DNA from: Desulfobulbaceae bacterium DB1
Lineage (GTDB): Bacteria; Desulfobacterota; Desulfobulbia; Desulfobulbales; SURF-16
Length of the DNA stretch: 64,000 bases
Reading direction: 5' to 3'
Assembly (NCBI GenBank): GCA_001914235.1
Contig: MQUF01000021.1
Coordinates: forward strand, 9,007 to 73,006
This document shows, one piece after another, positions 29,958-38,782 of this stretch. Made by a program: the position numbers and the translations under genes. Under the pieces are notes generated by a model. The model made no database searches, was not told the origin of the DNA, and was given only the letters and a program-made list of their open reading frames with translations. Positions within the stretch are counted from its first letter, which is position 1, and the number at the start of each line of letters is the position of its first letter.

Positions 29958-31136
29958 ATGTCACGAGTACTGATCATAGGCGCCGGCGGAGTCGGTTCGG
30001 TTGTTGTTCATAAATGCTGCCAGGTGCCGGAGGTCTTTTCCGACATTATGCTGGCCTCGCGCACCAAGGCGAAGTGCGATGCCATTGCCGCGCAGGTTTC
30101 CCGGCCGATCCAAACGGCCCGGGTCGACGCCGACAACGTCCCCGAACTGGTGGCCCTGATGCGTGATTTCAAGCCGGAACTGTGCATCAACGTCGCGCTT
30201 CCCTATCAGGATCTGACCATCATGGATGCCTGCCTGGAATGCGGCGTTCACTACCTCGATACCGCCAACTATGAGCCCCTTGATGAAGCCAAATTCGAGT
30301 ATAAATGGCAGTGGGCCTATCAGGAAAAGTTCAAGAAGGCCGGACTCATGGCCCTGCTCGGCTCCGGTTTTGACCCCGGCGTCACCAATGTTTATACCGC
30401 CTGGGCGCTCAAGCACCATTTTGACCGGATTGACGAGCTGGACATCATCGACTGCAATGCCGGCGACCATGGCCGGCCATTTGCCACCAATTTCAATCCG
30501 GAGATCAATATCCGCGAGGTGACCGCCCCGGCCCGTCACTGGGAGGAGGGCGAATGGCTGGAAACCCCGGCCCTGTCAACCGCCAAGGAGTTCGACTTCC
30601 CGGAAGGCATTGGTCCGCGCAAGATTTACCTCATGTACCATGAAGAGCTGGAGTCCCTGGTCAAACATATCCCCGGCCTGAAAAAGGCCCGTTTCTGGAT
30701 GACCTTTTCCGATAATTATCTGCGCCATCTCGAGGTTCTGCGGAATGTGGGCATGACCAGCATCGAGCCCATCGAATATCAGGGCCGGCAGATCGTGCCC
30801 CTGCAGTTTCTCAAGGCGGTGCTGCCTGATCCCGGTTCGCTGGGGCCGCTGACCAAGGGCAGAACCTGCATCGGCTGCCTGATCCGGGGCAGAAAGGACG
30901 GCAAGGAAAAGTCCTATTACGTCTATAATATCTGTGATCACGCCAAATGCTATGAGGAAGTGGGTTCCCAGGCCGTCTCCTACACCACCGGCGTGCCGGC
31001 CATGATCGGCGCCATGATGATGCTGACCGGCGCCTGGCGTGGGGAAGGTGTCTTCAACATGGAGCAGCTTGATCCCGATCCCTTCATGGAAAAATTGAAT
31101 ATTCACGGGCTGCCATGGACCGAAGTTACCTTGTAG
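29958..31136 (+). CDS. Carboxy(nor)spermidine dehydrogenase (saccharopine dehydrogenase family)
   Basis: MSRVLIIGAGGVGSVVVHK..., 392 aa. It sits immediately upstream of the carboxy(nor)spermidine decarboxylase gene, which is the canonical pairing. Confidence 0.8.
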   Translation: MSRVLIIGAGGVGSVVVHKCCQVPEVFSDIMLASRTKAKCDAIAAQVSRPIQTARVDADNVPELVALMRDFKPELCINVALPYQDLTIMDACLECGVHYLDTANYEPLDEAKFEYKWQWAYQEKFKKAGLMALLGSGFDPGVTNVYTAWALKHHFDRIDELDIIDCNAGDHGRPFATNFNPEINIREVTAPARHWEEGEWLETPALSTAKEFDFPEGIGPRKIYLMYHEELESLVKHIPGLKKARFWMTFSDNYLRHLEVLRNVGMTSIEPIEYQGRQIVPLQFLKAVLPDPGSLGPLTKGRTCIGCLIRGRKDGKEKSYYVYNICDHAKCYEEVGSQAVSYTTGVPAMIGAMMMLTGAWRGEGVFNMEQLDPDPFMEKLNIHGLPWTEVTL

Positions 31137-32272
31137 ACTTCGACCCCGCGCGGGTACCCAGCCCGTCCTTTGTCGTGGACCTGGGGGCGCTGGAACGGAA
31201 TTTGCGCATCCTGGATACGGTACAGCAGCGCACCGGCTGTTCCATTCTGCTGGCGCTCAAGGGCTTTGCCATGTTCCGGGTCTTTCCCCTTATCCGGCGG
31301 TATCTGAAGGGCGTCTGTGCCAGTTCCCCGCATGAGGCGCGGCTTGGCCGGGAAGAGTTCAAGGGCGAGGTACACGGCCACGGTCCGGCTTTCAGCGCAA
31401 GCGACCTGGGTGAGCTGCTCGAACTCTGCGATCATATTGTCTTCAACAGTTTCAGCCAGTGGCAACGCTTCCAGCCCCTGATTGAACGCAGTCCCCATCA
31501 GGTCGGTTTCGGTCTGCGGGTCAATCCGCGTCATTCGGAAACCGACGTGGCCCTTTATGATCCGTGCGCGCCAGGCTCGCGGCTGGGCATAACCAGGGAG
31601 CAGTTTGCCGGGAAGTCGCTTGCCGGCATCACCGGGCTGCATGTGCACACCCTGTGTGAAAAAGGGTCGGACGCCCTGGCCCGCACCGCCCGCGTCTTTG
31701 AGGAGCAGTTCAAGGATATCCTGCCGACCATGCAATGGCTCAATCTGGGCGGCGGCCATCATATCACCAAGCCCAATTATGATATCGACCTGCTGTGCGA
31801 GGTTATCGATCATTTTAAAAAGACCTATGACCTCACCATCTATCTTGAACCGGGCGAGGCCATCGCCATCCACACCGGGGCGCTGATTACCACGGTGCTT
31901 GATATCATTGAAAACGACGGCCCCATTGCCATCCTCGACACATCGGTTTCCTGCCATATGCCCGATGTGCTGGAGATGCCCTACCGGCCTGATATCAGAG
32001 GGGCCGGCCTGCCCGGAGAATTTCCCCACACCTATCGGCTGGGCGGGGTATCGTGCCTGGCCGGCGATGTGCTGGGGCTCTACTCTTTTCCCAGCCCTCT
32101 GCGGGTGGGCGACCGGCTTATTCTGGAAGACATGAGTCATTACACCATGGTCAAGACCACCACCTTCAACGGCGTGCACTTGCCCTCCATCGTCCTTTAT
32201 GACCCGGAGTCCGATGCGGTTGAAATCGTGCGCCGGTTCGGCTATGAGGATTATAAGACGCGCTTGTCGTAG
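31115..32272 (+). CDS. nspC: Carboxy(nor)spermidine decarboxylase
   Basis: 385 aa, alanine racemase-fold decarboxylase pattern (SPSFVVDLGALERN...ALKGF...LNLGGGHH). It overlaps the upstream gene by 22 nt. Confidence 0.8.
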   Translation: MDRSYLVDFDPARVPSPSFVVDLGALERNLRILDTVQQRTGCSILLALKGFAMFRVFPLIRRYLKGVCASSPHEARLGREEFKGEVHGHGPAFSASDLGELLELCDHIVFNSFSQWQRFQPLIERSPHQVGFGLRVNPRHSETDVALYDPCAPGSRLGITREQFAGKSLAGITGLHVHTLCEKGSDALARTARVFEEQFKDILPTMQWLNLGGGHHITKPNYDIDLLCEVIDHFKKTYDLTIYLEPGEAIAIHTGALITTVLDIIENDGPIAILDTSVSCHMPDVLEMPYRPDIRGAGLPGEFPHTYRLGGVSCLAGDVLGLYSFPSPLRVGDRLILEDMSHYTMVKTTTFNGVHLPSIVLYDPESDAVEIVRRFGYEDYKTRLS

Positions 32273-32280
32273 AGTGACAA

Positions 32281-32847
32281 TTATTGCCGCAGCTTGTCCA
32301 GCACGAGCCTGCCCGCGTTTTCAAGCTTGGCGCGGTTGCCGTCGCGCTCGGGGTTGCCGACCCCGATGGTGATGTAGGTGTCGCCCGCAAGCATGTGCAG
32401 TCCTCCGGTGCCGATGAATGCCGCATCGCCGAGATCGGCAAGGTCGATCCGTCCGTCGGCCAGCATCTCCTTGGTTGCGGCAAAAATTGTTTTCGGACTC
32501 TGCCCCGCCTGCCGGACATTTGCCGGCATGAAATCCGATTGCTGCACCGTGATCTGCAGAAATTTCATGGAATCAGGATTGGCCGCTTCAAAGAAACATT
32601 TTTTCATGCCGACCACCTGCTGCTCGCCGTACTGTCCCTCTTTCACCGGCTCTCCGATGAGGGTTGCCGCTTCCGCAGCGGTGATGAGCCGACACGGTTC
32701 AAGAAGACTTTTCTCCACGCCTTGTTCTTTTGTCGCCTGCGCCGTCTGTTTTTTTTCCCCTGTTTCGCCGGCCCGCTCATTGCCCCCGCAGCCGGCAAAA
32801 AGGAGCAGGACAAGCAACAGGAGCGGGGTGAATCGTTTTTTCATCAT
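32281..32847 (-). CDS. Lipoprotein of unknown function
   Basis: MMKKRFTPLLLLVLLLFAGCGG is a lipobox. I trimmed the track ORF to the Met at 32847. Confidence 0.6.
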   Translation of the reverse strand: MMKKRFTPLLLLVLLLFAGCGGNERAGETGEKKQTAQATKEQGVEKSLLEPCRLITAAEAATLIGEPVKEGQYGEQQVVGMKKCFFEAANPDSMKFLQITVQQSDFMPANVRQAGQSPKTIFAATKEMLADGRIDLADLGDAAFIGTGGLHMLAGDTYITIGVGNPERDGNRAKLENAGRLVLDKLRQ

Positions 32848-32971
32848 CTCTTTTTTCCTTTGTCGTTTCTTTGCCGCCGGCCGGCTGGTTTTGTCTCGTG
32901 CACGGATCAACATATCCGCGAAACCGGCAAGACGCAACACCCGCAAGAGAAAATTGCGCGGCTCATGCAAT

Positions 32972-34711
32972 TTAAAAACGGTGCAAACCCACCCAGAGTC
33001 CCTTGAAGAAGCTGCGGGCGTTTATGCCCAGGGATTTGGTGCGGTAGCCTCCTTCCTGGACGACCAGGGTCGGCAGGCGCAACCGGCCGATCAGAAGGCC
33101 GTTCTGGTAAAAATCCTTTGCATCCAGTTGCCAGGTGCCGGTGGGATCGTTTTTCGCCGGATCATAGCCGAGGGCGACAAGAAGAAAACGGGGAGAAAAC
33201 GACTGAATCCTTTTCAAGGCGCGCTCCAGGACCCGGCGATATGCCGCGCCGTCCAGTTGTTCCTGCAGGGGGTAGTTCTTGTTGCACTTGTAACCAGGCC
33301 CTTCTCCCTCTTCATCGCCGAAACCGACAAAGTAGGGATAGGCAAAGCTCGGATGGCCATGGATGGAGACGGTCAGCACGTCACCCCGGTCATAAAAAAT
33401 ATCCTGGGTGCCGTTGCCGTGATGGTAGTCGATGTCCAGTATCGCCACCTTGCCGTGGCGGCTGAGGAAATTGGCGGCAATGGCGCTTGAGTTGAAATAG
33501 CAGAAACCGCCGAAAACCTTCCGTTCCGCATGATGGCCGGGAGGACGGACCAGGGCATAGGAGAGCCGGTAGCCCTCAAAGAGCAGGCTGGCGCCGGTCA
33601 GGGCGCAGTCCACCGCTCCCCTGGCCGCCACATAGGCATTGCGGTTCAGCGGCGTAAAGGTGTCGATGCAGTAGTACCCTGCCCGCACCGGCAGTTCCTT
33701 GGGCGGCCTGGTAGCGTTGCGGATGGGGAAAACATAGGGATAGACGGATTTGCCCGGCTCCACCAGGGCGCATACCCGCTTGAGATACTCGACAAACTTG
33801 GGATCATGCACCTGTTTGATATGGGTTTCCGGGAAACGGCGGGCAGGCAGCCTTTCAAAAAAACCGGTCTGTTCGATGCCCTTGAGGATGGAGCGGATGC
33901 GGGCCGGTGCTTCCACATATCCCCTTTCATGGACATGATGGATGTCATGTTTGTCATTCACCACCAGGGCAATGCGCTGCTCCAGGGAAAAGACGGTTTT
34001 TACCCGTTCGGCATCGGGGGTGATGTGGCGGGGGGCCCGGAGCCGGATCGGATCGTGCCTGAAGGAACCGACCACCATATCGATGTATCCCGCCGGGCAA
34101 GCCTTGCCGTACTTTCTGGTCAGGATGGCCCGGACAATCTTTCCGGCGGCCTCCCGGGAAGGTAGCTTTTTCATGCCGATCCGGTCAAAAACCAGATACG
34201 GCGGGCAATCGCCCCCTTCTTTCAGCGGGGTTTCGTAGGCGGTGCCGACAATCGGCATTGCGCCATAGCGTTCATAAAAACGCAGCCTGGCCTTGTTCTG
34301 TTTGAGGGTTTCCCTGTCCGTGCACAGTTTGGGGTCGTCAGGCAAGCACTCCATGAAAATGCCGCACACTTTGAGGTTTTTTGCCTCGTCGCGCACTTTT
34401 TCATAAAGGGCGCCGCCGATGCCGCCGGCATTTTTTGTCGGCTGCACCGAAAGAAAATCGAGATAGCTGAAATTGAGATCAGGGGCATAGTTGACCAGGG
34501 CAAATCCTTTCACCCGCTGACGCTGGTCGTCGGCCACAAAAAGAATGGTGCGGAATTGATATTTGAGCGGATTGGTGAGCTTGGCGGGCAGGCTCTCGAT
34601 TTCCTTGCGGCTCAGTCCGGAAAACTGCTTGGCCAGTATTTCCTGAACCTGGGCAATGGCGTCCCGGTCAATGGGCAGGGTGTTGTCGTAAACCCGTCGG
34701 ATGCGGAACAT
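32972..34711 (-). CDS. Fusion protein: N-terminal GNAT-like acetyltransferase domain + C-terminal histone-deacetylase-family (acetylpolyamine amidohydrolase/AcuC-like) domain
   Basis: The C-terminal two-thirds carry RPPGHHAE, FCYFNSSAIAA, ILDIDYHHGNGTQDIF, VSIHG and LGYDPAKNDP. The N-terminal ~190 aa have a GNAT-like core (LDFLSVQPTKNAGGIGGALYEKV...RFYERYG). Confidence 0.8.
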   Translation of the reverse strand: MFRIRRVYDNTLPIDRDAIAQVQEILAKQFSGLSRKEIESLPAKLTNPLKYQFRTILFVADDQRQRVKGFALVNYAPDLNFSYLDFLSVQPTKNAGGIGGALYEKVRDEAKNLKVCGIFMECLPDDPKLCTDRETLKQNKARLRFYERYGAMPIVGTAYETPLKEGGDCPPYLVFDRIGMKKLPSREAAGKIVRAILTRKYGKACPAGYIDMVVGSFRHDPIRLRAPRHITPDAERVKTVFSLEQRIALVVNDKHDIHHVHERGYVEAPARIRSILKGIEQTGFFERLPARRFPETHIKQVHDPKFVEYLKRVCALVEPGKSVYPYVFPIRNATRPPKELPVRAGYYCIDTFTPLNRNAYVAARGAVDCALTGASLLFEGYRLSYALVRPPGHHAERKVFGGFCYFNSSAIAANFLSRHGKVAILDIDYHHGNGTQDIFYDRGDVLTVSIHGHPSFAYPYFVGFGDEEGEGPGYKCNKNYPLQEQLDGAAYRRVLERALKRIQSFSPRFLLVALGYDPAKNDPTGTWQLDAKDFYQNGLLIGRLRLPTLVVQEGGYRTKSLGINARSFFKGLWVGLHRF

Positions 34712-34712
34712 G

Positions 34713-35180
34713 TCAGATATCCTTGCTGTAAACTACTTTGTCGTCTCCTGCCCGGTAAAAATCAGGAAACACGCAGGCAACTTGGTAGCCGTTCCGTTCG
34801 TAAAAGGAACGGGCCCGGGCGTACCCGCTGGTGCCCGACGTATCAACATAGACGCGGGCGCCTTTGCCGAGCCTTTTTTCCATGGCCTGCATGAGGAGGG
34901 TGCCGACACCGCGGCGCGACATGTCGGGTGCGACGGCTATCCAGTAGAGATCCCAGCGCTTCACCGTAATCGGGATTTCACCGTAACAGATAAAACCGGC
35001 AAGGGAAGAGCCCCCGTCGCTTGCCACCAGGATATGGTAGCCGTTTTCAGCCGAGGCCAGCCCGTCATGAATGACTTCCCTGGCCAGTTCCTTTTCCGCC
35101 GGGGTAAAGTTGTCAATGGTTTCGATCAGGGTGAAAAGCGGGTGTCGATCGTTGCCGTCAGCGGCGCGGATGATCATCAT
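34713..35180 (-). CDS. GNAT family N-acetyltransferase
   Basis: LYWIAVAPDMSRRGVGTLLMQAMEK...ARSFYERNGY. Its ATG at 35180 forms an ATGA overlap with the upstream stop. Its own stop lies 1 nt before the next start. Confidence 0.8.
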   Translation of the reverse strand: MMIIRAADGNDRHPLFTLIETIDNFTPAEKELAREVIHDGLASAENGYHILVASDGGSSLAGFICYGEIPITVKRWDLYWIAVAPDMSRRGVGTLLMQAMEKRLGKGARVYVDTSGTSGYARARSFYERNGYQVACVFPDFYRAGDDKVVYSKDI

Positions 35181-36169
35181 TTTTTTGCTCGTATATGAAG
35201 GAATCCGACAAAATCGCGGACAATATCGGTGAAAGTCATCCTGCATTGACCGGCGGCGGCGACAAAACCGGCGTCAGGCGTGAGGCAGGGGTTGGCATTT
35301 GCTTCAAGGACATGGATCTTGCCCAGGTCATCCAATCGCAGGTCGATGCGGCCGTAATCGCGCAGCATGAAAAGTTTGTAGGCGCCGGCCGCCACCTTGC
35401 GCAGGTTACGTTCCAGCAGCGGCGGCAGCTTCTGGGGAAAGATTCTCCCGGTGTTCCGGTACTCAAAGGAATTTTCGTCCCATTTTGCCCGGTAACCGAC
35501 AATCTTCTGCAGTTCGCCTGGGAATGCGGAAAAGTCGATCTCGGCCAGGGGCAGGATGTGGGGATGGGGATAGCCGAAGAGCGAGATGTTGAATTCCCGG
35601 CCGTCAATGAACCGTTCAAGCAGCAGGGGACCGTACTGCCGATAAAAAAGCGGCAGTTTTTCCTTGAGTTCCTTTTTCTTGAAAACAATGGAATCCTGGT
35701 CAATGCCGATGCTGGCATCCTCAAAACGGGGCTTGATGATGGCCGGCAGAGGGAAATCGGCCAGGGTCGTTACATCCTCCCCGTCATAGGTGAGAAAATC
35801 GGGGGTGGGGAAGCCGGCGGCGGCAAGCTGTCTTTTGGACAGCAGTTTGTCGGTGGAAAGCATCAGGGCAAGGGAGCCTGATCCGGTGAAGGGCAGGCCC
35901 AGCAGCTCAAACAGTGCCGCCGGGTGGCCGATCAGCCGGGCATCGTCGTCAACGCTTTCGCACAGGTTGAAAATCGCCTCTATTTTCTCCTGCCTGATCA
36001 TTGCCAGAAAAGCATCAACATCGCGGTCAAAGGGGATGGCCAGGCAGTCTGTTTCAAGCTTCCGCAAGGAGCGTTCCACTGCCTCCACCTGCTGGAGCAC
36101 ATCCTGGGATGACTGCCAGTTCGCCTCGCCTGTGCGGGCGGGGCGATTGTAGACAATGGCGATTTTCAT
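35177..36169 (-). CDS. ATP-grasp ligase, D-alanine--D-alanine ligase-like (B)
   Basis: MKIAIVYNR...AIFNLCE...GHPAALFELLGLPFTGSGSLALMLSTDKLLSKRQL...PAIIKPRFEDASIGI...LLERFIDGREFN...RIDLRLDDLGKIHVLEANANP. The start could instead be at 36217. Confidence 0.75.
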   Translation of the reverse strand: MKIAIVYNRPARTGEANWQSSQDVLQQVEAVERSLRKLETDCLAIPFDRDVDAFLAMIRQEKIEAIFNLCESVDDDARLIGHPAALFELLGLPFTGSGSLALMLSTDKLLSKRQLAAAGFPTPDFLTYDGEDVTTLADFPLPAIIKPRFEDASIGIDQDSIVFKKKELKEKLPLFYRQYGPLLLERFIDGREFNISLFGYPHPHILPLAEIDFSAFPGELQKIVGYRAKWDENSFEYRNTGRIFPQKLPPLLERNLRKVAAGAYKLFMLRDYGRIDLRLDDLGKIHVLEANANPCLTPDAGFVAAAGQCRMTFTDIVRDFVGFLHIRAKK

Positions 36170-36176
36170 GGCGGGT

Positions 36177-37154
36177 TCAGCCCTTGATCCGCGTAAGCGC
36201 GGCACTGACAATGTCACTTATCAGCTGCTGGTAGCTCATGCCGAATTTTCCGGCAATGATGCACAGATCGGAATGTTCCGGATGCAGTCCGGCAATGGGG
36301 TTGATCTCAATGAAATTGGGCCGACCGAGTTTGTCCGAACGGAGATCCACCCGGCCGGAATCCCGGCAGTCGAGGCCGTGCCAGACTTGGAGAGCCACCC
36401 GTACCGCCTCCTGCGCCTCGGGATCATTCACGGCACGGTATTCAACCACCTCTTCGCATATTTCCTTGTTCCGATACGAATAAACATCCGGGTCGGAGTT
36501 TTCCAGCAGCACCACTTCAACAACCCCGATGGAGCGGGCTTCGGCGCCGTTGCCGACGATGCCCACCGTGAATTCCCGACCGGGCAGAAAGGTTTCCACC
36601 AGCACCGGCTGGCGGTAGGTGGCGAGCAGGTCGCGGCAGACGCTTTCCAGTTGATCCGCGGCGGCAATTTTCGATACCGGGGTCACCCCCTTGCCGGTCC
36701 CCTCGGCAACCGGCTTGGCGAAAAGCGGATAGGGCAGATTGACGCCGGCGATCTCCTCCACGCTGCGTACCAGGACGAAATCCGGGGTGGCGATGCCGAG
36801 ATCGCGCACCAGTCGTTTGGTCGTTGCCTTGTGCAGGGTAACGCTCATCATCAGGGGATCGGAAAAGGTATAGGGAATGCGGTAGGCGTCGAGCAGGGCC
36901 GGCACAACCGCTTCCCGCCCGAAACCATACAGTCCTTCGGCTATGTTGAACACCAGATCCCAGCGCCGACCTGCGGCCAGGCTCTTGACCAGGCTGTCAA
37001 GATTGCCGATGCGGTCGGTTCGGTGGCCAAGTGCCCGCAGGGCGCCTTCAATGGCGTCGATGGTGTCGGGTCGGTCGAATTCGGCGGTTTCTTCCTCGCC
37101 GTAACCGGCGGCAAGGTAGTCGGCCCGCAGGTCATAGGTCATGCCAATATTCAT
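36177..37154 (-). CDS. ATP-grasp ligase, D-alanine--D-alanine ligase-like (A)
   Basis: MNIGMTYDLRADY...LVFNIAEGLYGFGREAVVPALLDAYRIPYTFSDPLMMSVTLHKATTKRL...LFAKPVAEGTGKGV...LVETFLPGREFTVG...GRVDLRSDKLGRPNFIEINPIAG. Confidence 0.75.
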   Translation of the reverse strand: MNIGMTYDLRADYLAAGYGEEETAEFDRPDTIDAIEGALRALGHRTDRIGNLDSLVKSLAAGRRWDLVFNIAEGLYGFGREAVVPALLDAYRIPYTFSDPLMMSVTLHKATTKRLVRDLGIATPDFVLVRSVEEIAGVNLPYPLFAKPVAEGTGKGVTPVSKIAAADQLESVCRDLLATYRQPVLVETFLPGREFTVGIVGNGAEARSIGVVEVVLLENSDPDVYSYRNKEICEEVVEYRAVNDPEAQEAVRVALQVWHGLDCRDSGRVDLRSDKLGRPNFIEINPIAGLHPEHSDLCIIAGKFGMSYQQLISDIVSAALTRIKG

Positions 37155-37196
37155 TCTGTCCTCATGATAAATATAATGTGATGCGGCGCGTTGTTC

Positions 37197-38429
37197 TTAC
37201 ATGGCGTCCGGATAACGATAGATGTTCCCCTCATAGTTTTTGAGGAGAATATCGTTGCCCTCTCGGCCGAGGTATGTTTCCGGCAGCAGAGGGATCTTGC
37301 CTCCACCCCCGGGGGCATCGATGACATAGGTGGGAACGGCATAGCCCGTGGTGTGGCCGCGCAGGCCCTGGTAGATTTCCAGTCCCTTGGCCACGGATGT
37401 TCTGAAGTGGGCGGAGCCGATGATCGGATCACACTGATAAAGATAATACGGTTTGACGCGCATGCGCACCAGGCCCTGCATGAGTTTTTTCATGGTCGGC
37501 ACGTCGTCGTTGATGCCGGCCAGCAGCACCGTCTGGCTGCCCAGCGGAATGCCGGCGTCGGCCAGTCGTTCACATGCCTTTTTCATTTCACGGGTTTGCT
37601 CGGACGGATGCATGGCATGGATGCTGATCCACAGCGGATGATAGCGGCGCAGCATGCGGGTGAGCGAACCGGTGATGCGCTGGGGCAGAACCGCCGGGGT
37701 TTTGGTGCCGATACGGATCATCTCGACATGACGGATGGCGCGCAGCCGTTTGAGCAGATATTCCAGGGTTTCGTCGGGCAGGGTGAGAGGGTCGCCGCCT
37801 GACAGCAGCACGTCGCGGATTTCATAATTGTTTTCGATATAGGCAAAGGCTTTTTCCCAGCGCTCCTTGCAGGCTGTTGTATTCTGTGATCGGCCCACCA
37901 TGCGCGACCTGGTGCAGTAGCGGCAGTAATTGGAGCAATAGTCGGTAACCAGGAAGAGCACCCGGTCGGGATAGCGGTGCACCAGCCCGGGAACCGGCGT
38001 GTGGCTGTCCTCTCCGAGCGGATCATGGGCCTCGCCGCTTGAAACCAGCATTTCGGTGATCACGGGCACCACCGCCCGACGGATCGGATCCTGAGGATTG
38101 ACCGGGGAAACAAGGCTGGCGTAATACGGGGTAATGGCAAAGGGCAGATTGGAGCCATGGCGTTGCAGGGCCTGGCGTTCACTGTCTGTCAGCTCAATGA
38201 TTTTTTCCAGCTGCTCGCTTGTGGTGAAGCGGTTGCGCAGCTGCCAGCGCCAGTCGTTCCATTCGGCGATAGTCGTTGTTGGAAAGTGTCGGCTGCGGAA
38301 GGCTTTGGCGCGGGAAATGGCGGGGAATCGTGCCGGAACAGCAGAGGCAAAGGCGGGAGGGCAGATCGTGAGATGATGATTGCCTGGAGGTTCATCCTGT
38401 TCTTCAAGGGGGATGATTTTAAGGGACAT
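37197..38429 (-). CDS. kamA: Lysine 2,3-aminomutase family radical-SAM/PLP enzyme
   Basis: HRYPDRVLFLVTDYCSNYCRYCTRSRMVG carries the CxxxCxxC cluster. LLSGGDPL and VIDAPGGGGKIP (PLP-Lys block) are also present. 410 aa. Confidence 0.9.
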   Translation of the reverse strand: MSLKIIPLEEQDEPPGNHHLTICPPAFASAVPARFPAISRAKAFRSRHFPTTTIAEWNDWRWQLRNRFTTSEQLEKIIELTDSERQALQRHGSNLPFAITPYYASLVSPVNPQDPIRRAVVPVITEMLVSSGEAHDPLGEDSHTPVPGLVHRYPDRVLFLVTDYCSNYCRYCTRSRMVGRSQNTTACKERWEKAFAYIENNYEIRDVLLSGGDPLTLPDETLEYLLKRLRAIRHVEMIRIGTKTPAVLPQRITGSLTRMLRRYHPLWISIHAMHPSEQTREMKKACERLADAGIPLGSQTVLLAGINDDVPTMKKLMQGLVRMRVKPYYLYQCDPIIGSAHFRTSVAKGLEIYQGLRGHTTGYAVPTYVIDAPGGGGKIPLLPETYLGREGNDILLKNYEGNIYRYPDAM

Positions 38430-38712
38430 TTTTTTCTCCTGCGAAAAAATTTTTCGTTATTTTCAGTAAACTGATGAACGGCTAAAAACGGTAAAAGAAA
38501 TGTTCAAAAAAAAAGCATGCGCCTATTATATTCCGCCATGCTAAAAGTCAACAGAATATTAAAAACGCCTTGAAAAAAAATGATTTCCGGATGGCTTGGT
38601 ACGCGCGCATGCGGGCCCGCCGGCTGTCGGAAGTGAAGAGGGTTTGTGCCCTTGCTCCGGCATCCGGCCGGCAGCAAAATCCGGGTTCTTTTTCGTCCAT
38701 CCACATAATCCC

Positions 38713-38761
38713 TTGACAGAATCGGCAAAGATTATATTGTTAATGTGAGTAATCAATTACT
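38713..38761 (+). promoter_or_regulatory. Candidate tetR promoter (TTGACA 38713-38718) with palindromic operator AGTAAT-ca-ATTACT (38748-38761)
   Basis: A perfect 6+6 inverted repeat sits between the -35 box and the GGAGG RBS of the TetR gene. The -10 (TATTGT, 16-nt spacer) is only moderate. Confidence 0.45.
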
Positions 38762-38782
38762 ATCTTTAAGGAGGAAGGTTGC

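Noticed and set aside
31103-32179. 358-aa minus ORF
   Set aside because: It is antisense to carboxy(nor)spermidine decarboxylase.
36156-37181. 341-aa + ORF
   Set aside because: It is antisense to the ATP-grasp ligase gene, which has clear Ddl-like blocks.
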